Source: Thermoanaerobaculia bacterium (lineage in GTDB: Bacteria; Acidobacteriota; Thermoanaerobaculia; UBA5066). Taken from it: DNA of 64,000 nucleotides. Below the pieces are notes generated by a model. It saw only the letters and a program-made list of their open reading frames with translations, did no database searches and had not been told where the DNA came from. Where the stretch lies: positions 736,001 to 800,000 of the forward strand of contig CAVRAY010000001.1 of the NCBI GenBank assembly GCA_963719225.1. The letters are read 5' to 3'. Shown here piece after piece: positions 21,020-30,250 of the stretch. A program made the position numbers and the translations under genes. Position 1 is the first letter of the stretch, and every line of letters begins with the position of its first letter.

Positions 21020-21606
21020 CCGAGACCTCCGTCCGCCGCGAGAGCGAGGAGCGCCGCGGGCACGGCTCCCGCGAGTATCTGGGAAGAGTCGACCGAGGCG
21101 AGTCCGCGGAAGATGAAGACGCCCAGGCCCCCGCCGCCGATGGCCGCGGCGATCGTGGCGGTGCCGATCGTGGTGACCGTGGCGACGCGCACGCCGGCGA
21201 GGATCGTCGGGGCCGCGAGCGGCAGCTCGACCTGGAACAGGCGCTGCCGGTCGGTCATCCCCATCGCCGTGGCGGATTCCACGACGGCGGCATCGACTCC
21301 GAGGATTCCGGTCAGCGTGTTGCGCAGGATCGGGAGGAGCGCATAGAGGACGAGGGCGACGATCGCCGTCCTCTTGCCGATGCCTCCGATCAGGGGAAGG
21401 GGAATCAGGAAGCCGAACAGGGCGAGGCTCGGAATCGTCTGCACCACGTTCGTGAAACCGAGGACGGCCGAGCGCCAGGCCACTCTCCGGGTGAGGAAGA
21501 TCCCCGCCGGAATGCCGAGAAGGGACGCGGCGAAGAGCGAAACGACGACGAGCACGATGTGCTCGCCGGTCAGGGACGCGATCTCGTGCGCGAGAGTGGC
21601 AGGCAT
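20989..21606 (-). CDS. Osmoprotectant ABC transporter permease
   Basis: QTIPSLALFG, EAA-like ESATAMGM, IAAAIGGGGLG. Confidence 0.92.
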   Translation of the reverse strand: MPATLAHEIASLTGEHIVLVVVSLFAASLLGIPAGIFLTRRVAWRSAVLGFTNVVQTIPSLALFGFLIPLPLIGGIGKRTAIVALVLYALLPILRNTLTGILGVDAAVVESATAMGMTDRQRLFQVELPLAAPTILAGVRVATVTTIGTATIAAAIGGGGLGVFIFRGLASVDSSQILAGAVPAALLALAADGGLGWIERRFAWQ

Positions 21607-22349
21607 CAGGTCACCGGAAGGTCCTCGAGAGCCGCGAGGAAGATCCGCGCCTCGCCGGTCTTCGCGGCGAGGAATTCGCGAGGCGTCGCGACGAACTCGA
21701 GCCTCCCTTCGTGGAGGAGCGCGATGCGCGTCGCGAGAGCGAGGGCTTCGCGGACGTCGTGAGTGACGAAGAGCGAGGTCTTCGTCCAGCTTCTTCGAAG
21801 CGCGAGGAACTCGCGCTGGAGGTCGCGGCGCGTCACGGGGTCGAGCGCGCCGAACGGCTCGTCCAAGAGAAGGAGCGAAGGCTCGGCGGCGAGTGCGCGC
21901 GCCACGCCGACCCGCTGCCGCTGGCCGCCCGAAAGCTCCCGCGGATAACGCGACCGAAATTCCCCGGGCGCGAGGCCCACGCGCGAAAGCAGATCGTCGA
22001 CGCGCGCTTCGATCCGGCCGCGCTCCCACCCGAGGAGCTCGGGGACGAGCGCGACGTTTCTTTCGACCGTGTAATGCGGAAAAAGTCCCGCCTCCTGGAT
22101 CACATAGCCGATCCGGCGTCTCAGTTGAATCGGATCCCATTCGCGCGTGGGCTTTCCCTCCACGGTGACGTCCCCGGAAACCGGCGTGAGGAGCGCGTTC
22201 ACCATCTTCAGGGCGGTGGTCTTTCCCGAGCCGCTCCGCCCGAGGAGGACGAGCGTCTCACCTGGGGCGACCTCGAGATCGAAATGGCGAAGGATCTCTT
22301 TTCCGCGAATGCCGTACGAGACATCCCGGAAAGCGATCGCCGGCTGCAT
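21606..22349 (-). CDS. Osmoprotectant ABC transporter ATP-binding protein
   Basis: GRSGSGKT, LSGGQRQR, DEPFGALDP, VTHD. Confidence 0.94.
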   Translation of the reverse strand: MQPAIAFRDVSYGIRGKEILRHFDLEVAPGETLVLLGRSGSGKTTALKMVNALLTPVSGDVTVEGKPTREWDPIQLRRRIGYVIQEAGLFPHYTVERNVALVPELLGWERGRIEARVDDLLSRVGLAPGEFRSRYPRELSGGQRQRVGVARALAAEPSLLLLDEPFGALDPVTRRDLQREFLALRRSWTKTSLFVTHDVREALALATRIALLHEGRLEFVATPREFLAAKTGEARIFLAALEDLPVT

Positions 22350-22441
22350 TTCGAGCCAGTATATCGGCGCGTCCGGTGGCTCGCTCCTTGCTCGAAGAAC
22401 GCCAGGGGGAAGGACTTTCCATCCTTCCTTGGAGGTCTTAC

Positions 22442-22894
22442 ATGAAAGTAAAGGACATCATGACCGGCAGTCCTTGTTTCTGCACGTCCGGGACGAGCCT
22501 CGAGCAGGTGGCGAGACTCCTCACCGAGCACGACTGCGGGGCGATCCCGGTCGTCGATGACGAGGCGTTCCCGCGGCCCGTGGGCATCGTGACGGACCGC
22601 GACATCGTCTGCCGCATCGTCGCCGCCGGAGAGGATGCGACTCTCCTGACGGCGGGAGACTGCATGTCGAGCCCCGTCATCACCGTCACGCCCGTGACCC
22701 GGCTCGACGTCTGCTGCGAGCTCATGGAAAGGAACAAGGTTCGGCGTGTCATTGTCGTGGACGAGGACGGCTTCTGCTGCGGGATCGTGTCGCAGGCCGA
22801 CATCGCGCGGCGCGCGACCGAAAAGACCGCCGAGGTCGTGAAGGAGCTTTCGCAGCCGACGCGCAGCGCGTCGTCCGTCTCCGCGAGCATGTAG
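22442..22894 (+). CDS. CBS domain protein
   Basis: MKVKDIMT, GIVTDRDI, GIVSQADI; RBS GGAGG. Confidence 0.9.
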   Translation: MKVKDIMTGSPCFCTSGTSLEQVARLLTEHDCGAIPVVDDEAFPRPVGIVTDRDIVCRIVAAGEDATLLTAGDCMSSPVITVTPVTRLDVCCELMERNKVRRVIVVDEDGFCCGIVSQADIARRATEKTAEVVKELSQPTRSASSVSASM

Positions 22895-22906
22895 GCGGGA
22901 CGGGCG

Positions 22907-23377
22907 TCAGTCTTCGATCTGCTGGGCGAGGTAGTTCGGGAGCCCCATTTCCTCGATCTGCCCGAGCTGCGCCTCCAGCCAGTCGATGTGCTCCTCTTCC
23001 TCCTTGAGGATCTCCTCGAGGAGGAGTCTCGAGCCGTTGTCCCCCTTGGCGCGGCACGCCTCCAGCCCCGCATTCAGGCGTCCGACGGCCGACCGCTCGA
23101 CCTCGAGGTCGAAGCGGTGCTGGTCCGGGATCGTCGGGCCGACCTGGATCTTGAAGTAGCGCTGCATGTTCGGAGCGCCCTCGAGGTAGAGGATGCGCTC
23201 GACGAGCTTCTCCGCGTGCTTCATCTCCTCGATCGATTCCTTGCGCGAATGCTCGGCAAGCCTCTTGTAGTGCCAGTTGCGGCACATCATCGCGTGGATG
23301 AAGTACTGGTTGACGGCCGTGAGCTCCGCCGTGAGAACTTCGTTCAGCAGGCCAATGACCTCGTCGTCTCCGCGCAT
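22907..23377 (-). CDS. bfr: Bacterioferritin
   Basis: ELTAVNQYFIH, EEMKHA, EEEHIDWLE ferroxidase motifs. Confidence 0.95.
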   Translation of the reverse strand: MRGDDEVIGLLNEVLTAELTAVNQYFIHAMMCRNWHYKRLAEHSRKESIEEMKHAEKLVERILYLEGAPNMQRYFKIQVGPTIPDQHRFDLEVERSAVGRLNAGLEACRAKGDNGSRLLLEEILKEEEEHIDWLEAQLGQIEEMGLPNYLAQQIED

Positions 23378-23400
23378 TCTTCCTCCGGTGGGGGAGATTA

Positions 23401-23568
23401 TCAGTCGGGATTCGAGCGGCCCGCGAGATAGGAAGCGAGGTCCGGCCGGCACGCCGTGCACATCTCTCCGATTCCCGTCCGGGTGAGCGCCGCGGGAAGC
23501 GGCTCCCCCGCATCGAGCAGCCTGCCGATCTCCGCGAAGGAAACGCCGGCGCACTCGCAGCGCGTCAT
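23401..23568 (-). CDS. bfd: Bacterioferritin-associated ferredoxin-like (2Fe-2S)
   Basis: CxC...CxxC (CECAGV...CTAC) directly upstream of bfr; could start at 23661. Confidence 0.75.
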   Translation of the reverse strand: MTRCECAGVSFAEIGRLLDAGEPLPAALTRTGIGEMCTACRPDLASYLAGRSNPD

Positions 23569-23645
23569 CGCCTTACCGGCGACGGGAAGCGCGGGAAGTG
23601 CGTAGAGCCGCGGATCCGGCGCGCGGTCCTCGGCGTCCGACTGGG

Positions 23646-23660
23646 TGAGACTCGTTCTCA
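23646..23660. promoter_or_regulatory. Possible Fur-family box
   Basis: TGAGACT-C-GTTCTCA, a 7-1-7-like inverted repeat upstream of bfd-bfr. Confidence 0.45.
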
Positions 23661-23714
23661 TCGGGAGAATGATACGCGCCGCCTCTCCGGCGTCAACTGA
23701 TGCAGATGGATCGG

Positions 23715-25043
23715 TCAGTCGGGAAGGAGCTCGCGCGTCAGGTTCCGGTTCGCACCTCTTTCCACGAGGATGTTGTCCTCGACGCGGATGCCGCCGGAAG
23801 GGACGAGCCGGTCCACGAGCGTCCAGTCGAAGGCGTCCCGGTTCGGCCCCGAGCGATAGGGGTCGAGGAGCATGGGAATGAAGTAGAGACCGGGCTCGAT
23901 CGTGAAGACCATGCGCTCCTGGATGAGTCGCGTCGTGCGAAGGGCCGGGTGGCCTTCGGGCGGCGGCGCGATCGTGCCTTCGCGGTCAACCTGGCGGCCC
24001 GCGACGTCGTGCACCTGGATGCCCAGGAAATGGCCGAGCCCGTGGGGGAAGAACGGGCGCGTGAGGCCTTTCTCGAAGGCCTCGCCGGCGGAGATCCGGA
24101 AAACGCCGGCCTGGGAAAGCAGCTCGGCCACGCCCCGATGCGTCTCGAGATGGAGATCGACGTACGAAGTCCCGGGGCGGCCCTTCAGGCAAAGGCGCGC
24201 CTGCAGCTTCTTCATGCCCTCGAGGAGAAGCGCGAAGACGGGATCGGCCGCGGGCGTGACGTACGTGCGCGTGATGTCGCACGCGTAGCCGTGCGCCGCG
24301 GCGCCCGCGTCGATCAGGAAGACGCGGGCTTCCCCGGCCTCCCGGCCGCTTTTTCCGTGATAGTGGAGCGTGGCGGCGTGGTGATCGAGCCCGACGATCG
24401 TCGTGTACGGGAGCGCGTCCTCGACGTCGCCTAGCGCCGTGAGGTAGGCGTGGTGGATGTCGATCTCCGGAGCGCCGGCGCGGAACGCGGCCTCCGCGGC
24501 GCGGTGCGCGGGCGCGGCCTTCACAGTCGCCGCCGAGATGGCGGCGACTTCCCAGTCGCTCTTGTACGTGCGTTCCCAGTCGAGGCGCGCGACGAGCGGC
24601 TTCGGGTTCACGCCCGGAGATGCGACCCCGTGCGTGCCGGCCTCGTCGCCCACGGAGCCCACGAACGCCGTCCGCGGCCCCGCGGCTCCGATCTCCTTCC
24701 AGGCCGCATCGGGCGTCGCCACGTCGACGACGTCGAACTCACGGCGGACGAAATCGGGCGCGGGCGCGGGCGGGGCGTACCAGAAGTCGCGCGGCTGCAC
24801 GCGCACGAGGCGAGGCCTCTTGCCGGGCACGAAATCGAGAAGGTGATACGGGCCGTCCACGGGCGCCCAGTGCGTGAAGTGGGGCGTCGAATGGAACGGC
24901 GCGTCGTTGTCGTCGGCGAAGTACGTGAACGGGACGCCCGAGTGGATCAAGAGCCGGTCGAAACCGGTCTCCTCGAGCGCGCGTGCGGTCGTCGAGGCGC
25001 GGGCCGCGACGTGAGCGGCGTAGGGCGCGGGGGAAGCCGACAC
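23715..25043 (-). CDS. pepQ: Xaa-Pro dipeptidase (M24B)
   Basis: LIDAGA..GYACDITRT, PHGLGHFLGIQVHDV, TIEPGLYF, GGIRVED. Confidence 0.92.
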   Translation of the reverse strand: MSASPAPYAAHVAARASTTARALEETGFDRLLIHSGVPFTYFADDNDAPFHSTPHFTHWAPVDGPYHLLDFVPGKRPRLVRVQPRDFWYAPPAPAPDFVRREFDVVDVATPDAAWKEIGAAGPRTAFVGSVGDEAGTHGVASPGVNPKPLVARLDWERTYKSDWEVAAISAATVKAAPAHRAAEAAFRAGAPEIDIHHAYLTALGDVEDALPYTTIVGLDHHAATLHYHGKSGREAGEARVFLIDAGAAAHGYACDITRTYVTPAADPVFALLLEGMKKLQARLCLKGRPGTSYVDLHLETHRGVAELLSQAGVFRISAGEAFEKGLTRPFFPHGLGHFLGIQVHDVAGRQVDREGTIAPPPEGHPALRTTRLIQERMVFTIEPGLYFIPMLLDPYRSGPNRDAFDWTLVDRLVPSGGIRVEDNILVERGANRNLTRELLPD

Positions 25044-25046
25044 GCG

Positions 25047-25679
25047 CTACTTCGTGGACGGCGCTGCCGGGGCGGCCGCTTCGGGCTTCTTCTTGTTCGC
25101 CTCGATGGTGATGTCGAGGTCGACGTCGTCCGAGAGGATCGCGTTGCCGTCCACGACGTTGTTCCAGCTCACGCCGAAGTCCTTACGGTTCAGCTTTCCG
25201 GTCACGTCGAACCCGGCCTTCTGTCCGCCGCGTCCGTCGTTCGCGAAGCCGTTCGCCGCCACGGTGAGGACGACGGGCTTCGTCACGCCCCGCATCGTCA
25301 GGTCCCCCGTCACCTCGTAGACGTCCTTTCCCTTGGCCGCGATCTTCGTGGACGTGAACGTGATCTGCGGGAACTTCGCGGTATCGAAGAAATTCGGGGA
25401 GTTCAGGTCCTTGTCGCGGTTGGCATTGCCGGTGTCGATGCTCGTGGCGTCGATCGTGAGGTGTACGGCGCTCGCCGAGGGGTTCGCGCGGTCGATCTCG
25501 ATCGTGCCGTCGAACTTCGTGAAGCGGCCGCCGACCTTCGAGACGAAGTGACGCACCTTGAAGCCGAACTCGGTGTGGGCCTTGTCGATCGTAAAGGTCT
25601 CTTTCTCGGCGCGCGCGGCGGGCGCGAGCGCCAGAACGGCGAGCGCGAGGAGGGGAGAGAGGCGGCGAAGTCGGACCAT
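25047..25679 (-). CDS. YceI family protein
   Basis: IDKAHTEFGFKVRH, SIDTGNANRD, GDLTMRGVTK; signal peptide. Confidence 0.92.
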   Translation of the reverse strand: MVRLRRLSPLLALAVLALAPAARAEKETFTIDKAHTEFGFKVRHFVSKVGGRFTKFDGTIEIDRANPSASAVHLTIDATSIDTGNANRDKDLNSPNFFDTAKFPQITFTSTKIAAKGKDVYEVTGDLTMRGVTKPVVLTVAANGFANDGRGGQKAGFDVTGKLNRKDFGVSWNNVVDGNAILSDDVDLDITIEANKKKPEAAAPAAPSTK

Positions 25680-25774
25680 CAGCGCAAGTTCTCCTTTTTC
25701 CGGTAGATTGCGGGGGCTCGCCCCGGCGCGCGAGTGTAGACGAGTCACTCCCCCGGGGGAAAGCGGAGGAACTC

Positions 25775-26224
25775 ATGCCCGAAGCCCCAGTCCAGGGTTA
25801 TGCGACGCACCGGCGTTGGGACCCCTGGTACCACTTCTTTGCCTTCTCGGTCGTGTCGATCTCGTTCTTCGTCGCGCTCTGGATGTTCGTCAAGAGCCTT
25901 TCGGGCGGTTTTTCGGTCTCGTTGGCCTGGAACCTGATCGCCTGGGTCGCCGCGATCGTCTTGACGCTCAGGATCAGGATCTATCCGCTGAAGCTCCAGG
26001 ACCGGATCATCCGGCTCGAGGAGCGGCTGCGCCTCGCAGCCCTGCTCGACGAGCCTCTCAAGTCGCGCATCGGCGAGCTCGAGGTCCGGCAGCTCGTGGG
26101 GCTGCGCTTCGCCTCGGACGCCGAGATCCCGGGACTCGTGAAGGTCGCCCTCGACGAGAAGCTCTCGGGCGAAGAGATCAAGAAGCGCATTCAGACCTGG
26201 CGGCCGGACACGCTGCGCGTCTAG
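25775..26224 (+). CDS. DUF6526-like membrane protein
   Basis: QDRIIRLEERLR, QLVGLRFASD, IQTWRPDTLRV. Confidence 0.75.
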   Translation: MPEAPVQGYATHRRWDPWYHFFAFSVVSISFFVALWMFVKSLSGGFSVSLAWNLIAWVAAIVLTLRIRIYPLKLQDRIIRLEERLRLAALLDEPLKSRIGELEVRQLVGLRFASDAEIPGLVKVALDEKLSGEEIKKRIQTWRPDTLRV

Positions 26225-26264
26225 CCGGCCGAACGTAGGATCTTCTGGAAGAGAGCCTCACCTC

Positions 26265-27242
26265 GTGACCTATCTCGGCGACGCGAGCTTCCCGCGGCGT
26301 TTGCTCCGCTCGCTGCTGGGGCTGGCGGGGCGGCCGAAGGCCTCTCGAGGTCCGTCGCATCCCGTGTGGGTGATCGGGCATCGCGGCGCAGCCCGGGACG
26401 CTGCGGAAAACACGCTCGCCTCGTTCCGGAAGGCGCTCGACCTCGGGGCGGATGCCATCGAGACGGATGTCTGCGTCACCCAGGACGGGTGCTACGTGCT
26501 CTGGCACGACGCCGATCCGTCCGGGAGCGTCGCGCTCGCGCGCCAGGTGGGCGCGGAGGGCAGCTATCTCTACCTTCCCGCACTGCCGGCTCTCGGATCA
26601 GACCTGAGGCGGCCCGTCCACGACTGCCAGAAGGCATTGTTCCTCGACCATTACGGCTACACGCTCGCCGAAAAGGGTTTCGAGAGTTCTCTCGGCGGCG
26701 CTCGCAGGCCCGAGGTGCCGCCGGCGCTGCTGGAGGACCTCCTGGCCTGGGCGCCCGGCGAGTCCCGCCTCAAGCACGTGTTCCTCGACTTGAAGCCGGC
26801 CGTGGATCAGACGGACGACGTGGTGCGCCTCCTGCGTCTCGTGTCGGAGCGCGTGCGGAGGCCGGACCATCGCCCCGACCTCACGTATCACCTCCTGGAA
26901 GCGCAGCGCGAGATCGTGTCGGCTCTCGTCGCCGAGACGAAGCGCGAGCCGGCGCCCGACGCCGTACGTGTCACGGGCGACTTCGAGCTGCCCGGCGTCG
27001 TCAGGGGCGCTCGAAGGCACCGGTTCGCGCACGTCGCGATGGGCGCGTCCCGGCGCACCTGGGGCGACTTCCGGCGCGAAATCGGCCAGGTCGTGCGCGC
27101 GCGACGGCGGGGAGGCGTGGGGTCGGTCGTGGCCTGGACGGTGAACGACGAGGATCACCTGCGCGAGCTCGTCGCGCTCGGCGTCGACGGGATCGTGACG
27201 GACGAACCGGCGCTTCTCAGGGCCATCGTAGGCTCCCGTTGA
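26265..27242 (+). CDS. Glycerophosphodiester phosphodiesterase
   Basis: GHRGA, ENTL, ETDV, HD, WTVND, GVDGIVTD. Confidence 0.88.
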   Translation: MTYLGDASFPRRLLRSLLGLAGRPKASRGPSHPVWVIGHRGAARDAAENTLASFRKALDLGADAIETDVCVTQDGCYVLWHDADPSGSVALARQVGAEGSYLYLPALPALGSDLRRPVHDCQKALFLDHYGYTLAEKGFESSLGGARRPEVPPALLEDLLAWAPGESRLKHVFLDLKPAVDQTDDVVRLLRLVSERVRRPDHRPDLTYHLLEAQREIVSALVAETKREPAPDAVRVTGDFELPGVVRGARRHRFAHVAMGASRRTWGDFRREIGQVVRARRRGGVGSVVAWTVNDEDHLRELVALGVDGIVTDEPALLRAIVGSR

Positions 27243-28105
27243 TCGAGGGCCGGGCCGGGCGTTTTGCCGTCGTCGGCGATCTCCAGCGCACCTCGCGCGC
27301 GGAATTCTGGCGGGAGTCGAATCCCGAGGAGCGGCGTCGGCTCGTCGCGGAGATCGCGGCTCGGGGTCCGGACTTCGTCGTCGGGCTCGGCGACCTCGTC
27401 TTCCACGGATCGTCACGCCGGGACTGGGAGGGGTTCGACGCGTTGACGGCGCCGCTTCGCGCCGCAGCTGTGCCGATCCTGCCGATCCTCGGGAACCACG
27501 AGTACTGGGGGCGCCGGAGCTCCGCGTGGCGCAACGTCGTGGCACGCTTCCCGCATCTCGCGATGAGCCGCTGGTATGCCGAGACGTACCGTTCCCTTCG
27601 TCTACTATTCCTCGACTCGAACGAGGGCGCCCTCGGTGAAGCGGCATGGCGCGAAGAAACCGGCTGGCTGGAAGCAGAGCTAGCGAGGGCCGACGCGGAA
27701 GAGGCCGTGAAAGGCGTGGTCGTTTTCGTCCACCATCCGCCGTACACGAACAGCACCGTCACGGGAGACGAGCTCCACGTGAGGAGGGCTTTCGTGCCGC
27801 CCTTCGCCGCGTCGAAGAAGACGATCGCGATGGTCTCCGGTCACGTTCACAGCTACGAGCATTTCGTTCGCGGCGGCAAGACCTTCCTCGTCGCGGGCGG
27901 CGGCGGAGGGCCGCGTGTACGGCTCGCCCGCGGCGCGAGGCGCCGACACGCGGACGACGTCTTCGAGGGGCCGGAGGTGCGCCACTTCCACTTCCTGCTC
28001 TGCAACCCCGGCGCCTCGGGCCTGGACGTCGAGGTAGTCGGGCTCGAGAAGGGAAGCGATACGTTCTTCCCTTTGGCGCGGTTCGCGCTCGCATGGCCGC
28101 CCTGA
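27239..28105 (+). CDS. Calcineurin-like metallophosphoesterase
   Basis: GD, GDLV, GNHE, HHPP, GHVH; TTG start overlaps the upstream TGA. Confidence 0.85.
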   Translation: MIEGRAGRFAVVGDLQRTSRAEFWRESNPEERRRLVAEIAARGPDFVVGLGDLVFHGSSRRDWEGFDALTAPLRAAAVPILPILGNHEYWGRRSSAWRNVVARFPHLAMSRWYAETYRSLRLLFLDSNEGALGEAAWREETGWLEAELARADAEEAVKGVVVFVHHPPYTNSTVTGDELHVRRAFVPPFAASKKTIAMVSGHVHSYEHFVRGGKTFLVAGGGGGPRVRLARGARRRHADDVFEGPEVRHFHFLLCNPGASGLDVEVVGLEKGSDTFFPLARFALAWPP

Positions 28106-28120
28106 AACGCGCTCACACCT

Positions 28121-28912
28121 CTATTCGAATCCGGCCCCGGCCCCCGCAAAGAGCTCGTGGCGGACGGCGTCCATTTCCGCTCGCGTGCGCGCGAGCAGCG
28201 CCGGGAGGTCTTCCTCCGTCATGCCGGCCGTCGGGATCGGCTCGAGGACCTTCACCTTGATGTTGCCCGGGCGGACGAGCAGCCGCCTCGCGTCGAGGAC
28301 GGGAGCGAGCGGACCGACGATGAGCGGAACGACCGGAACCTGCGCCGCGATGGCGAGGTGAAAGGCGCCCTTTTTGAAAGGGAGCATCTCGGGTCCCTGG
28401 TTCCGGTGGCCCTCGGGCGCCATCCAGACGCGCAGGCCCTCCTGCCGGATCTTGCGTGCGGCTTCCGCGATCGACGTCCGCGCCTTCGCCGCGTTCTCGC
28501 GATCGATCAGGATGTTGCCGGTCGCGCGAAAAAGCCAGCCGAAGATCGGAATGAGGCCGATCTGTTTCTTGCCGATGATCACCGTCGAGTCGGGAAAGAA
28601 GGCGGCCCACACGACGGCATCGAGGTTCGACTGGTGGTTTCCCACGAGAACCGCCGGGCGGTGCGCGACGAGGCGCTCGGCGTGCTCCACCTCCACCGTC
28701 CAGCCGAGGACCGGCATCATCGTGCCGGACCATCGGTCCAGCCAGAGTCGCGTGGCGCGGTCGCGCTCCCATCTCAGGACGACGAGCCGAAAGAGCGCGA
28801 GGACCGAGAGGCCGAGGAAGAGAACTCCGCCGAAGAGCGACGCCCCGACGAAATACACGCGGGTGAAAAGCCGGCGCGCGGCGCCGGCAATTCCGCCTCC
28901 GGGTTCGGGCAT
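28121..28912 (-). CDS. plsC: 1-acyl-sn-glycerol-3-phosphate acyltransferase
   Basis: NHQSNLD, IDR, PEGHR, FKKGAFHLA. Confidence 0.88.
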   Translation of the reverse strand: MPEPGGGIAGAARRLFTRVYFVGASLFGGVLFLGLSVLALFRLVVLRWERDRATRLWLDRWSGTMMPVLGWTVEVEHAERLVAHRPAVLVGNHQSNLDAVVWAAFFPDSTVIIGKKQIGLIPIFGWLFRATGNILIDRENAAKARTSIAEAARKIRQEGLRVWMAPEGHRNQGPEMLPFKKGAFHLAIAAQVPVVPLIVGPLAPVLDARRLLVRPGNIKVKVLEPIPTAGMTEEDLPALLARTRAEMDAVRHELFAGAGAGFE

Positions 28913-28930
28913 GCCGCAATATAGCCCGCG

Positions 28931-30250
28931 GTGAAGCCCGATGTCGTCGTCGTGGGAGGGGGCGCGGCGGGCCTCCTCGCGGCGCTCGCGGCCGCCCGCG
29001 GCGGTCGCCGCGTCCTCGCGCTCGAAGCCGCGAAGGACGCGGGCCGGAAGATCCTCGTCTCCGGCGGCGGCCGCTGCAACGTCCTGCCGATGGAGGACGC
29101 GCCCCGTCGCTTCGTGTCCGAGTCGCCGAACCGCCTCGTGCGCCGCTTCCTGGAACGGTGGCCGCTTCCCGGCCAGCGTCTCTTCTTCGAGGAGCTCCTC
29201 GGCGGGGCGCTCCGCGAGGAGCCGGAGTCCCGGAAGCTCTTCCCGCCCTCGAACCGCGCGAAAGACGTGCGCGACGCGCTCCGTGACGCGTTGACGGCTG
29301 CGGGAGGGACGCTGCGCTCCGCGGCTCCCGTGCGCGGCGTCGCGCGGTCGGGTGACGGGTTCGCCGTGCGTCTCGACGGAGAAGAGATCGCCACCCCGCG
29401 CGTGATCCTCGCGACCGGCGGCCTCTCCGTCCTCGCGGGCGGCGCGGACGCGGCGGGTTACGGATGGGCCGCGGCGATGGGTCACACGGTCCGGCCGACG
29501 TACCCCGCGCTCGTGCCGCTCACGGGCGACGCGCCCGCGCATCACGCGCTCACGGGCGTCTCGTGCGGGGCGCGCGTCACCGCGCGGAGCGAGAAAGAAC
29601 GCGCCACGTCGAGCGGCGGCTTCCTCTTCACGCACAAGGGCTGGAGCGGCCCGGCGGTCCTCGACGTCTCGCATGTCGTCGCGCGCGCGGCGCTCGTCGG
29701 GAAGACGGCGGAAGTTCGGATTTGCTTCGGATTCGGAGAAGAAAGAAGAAGAGAAGAGGAAGAGAAGATTTCTGAGAATGGTCCCGTGCACAGCGCGGGC
29801 GGATCTCAGCCAGGCAACGCCGCCGCGCAGTGGGACGCTGCGCTTCGGGGCGCTGGGCGCCCAGGCGGCTCCGGGTCCCTCTCCCTCTTACCCTTTCTAA
29901 GAAAATCTTCTCTGCCTGACCGCCTTGCCAGCCTGATTCTCGATGTGGCACGGGTCCCGGACCAGAAGCTCTCTCTTCTTTCGCGCGAAGCGCGCGCGCG
30001 GGTCGTGGAAACGCTGACCGCGTTTCCCCTCCCCGCGACAGGGACCGAGGGCTACCGCACGGCGGAGGTGACGGGCGGGGGCGTCGCGCTCGAAGAGGTG
30101 GATCCGGGCAGCGGGAAGAGCCGGCTCGTGCCCGGCCTCTTTCTCGCCGGCGAGATCCTCGATGCCTTCGGTCCGATCGGCGGTTTCAATTTCCAATGGG
30201 CCTGGGCGACCGGCCGGACCGCGGGCAAGGCCGCGGCGCGTCTGACCTAG
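28931..30250 (+). CDS. HI0933/BaiN-family flavoprotein with an in-frame insertion
   Basis: GGGAAG, GRKILVSGGGRCN, LATGG, FTHKG.SGP, VTGGGV, GGFNFQWA; extra low-complexity segment at about 29730-29815. Confidence 0.9.
   Translation: MKPDVVVVGGGAAGLLAALAAARGGRRVLALEAAKDAGRKILVSGGGRCNVLPMEDAPRRFVSESPNRLVRRFLERWPLPGQRLFFEELLGGALREEPESRKLFPPSNRAKDVRDALRDALTAAGGTLRSAAPVRGVARSGDGFAVRLDGEEIATPRVILATGGLSVLAGGADAAGYGWAAAMGHTVRPTYPALVPLTGDAPAHHALTGVSCGARVTARSEKERATSSGGFLFTHKGWSGPAVLDVSHVVARAALVGKTAEVRICFGFGEERRREEEEKISENGPVHSAGGSQPGNAAAQWDAALRGAGRPGGSGSLSLLPFLRKSSLPDRLASLILDVARVPDQKLSLLSREARARVVETLTAFPLPATGTEGYRTAEVTGGGVALEEVDPGSGKSRLVPGLFLAGEILDAFGPIGGFNFQWAWATGRTAGKAAARLT
29761..29913. repeat. Inverted pair of the dispersed AT-rich motif inside a CDS
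   Basis: AGAGAAGATTTCTGAGAATGGT (29761-29782) versus ACCCTTTCTAAGAAAATCTTCTCT (29890-29913). Confidence 0.65.
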
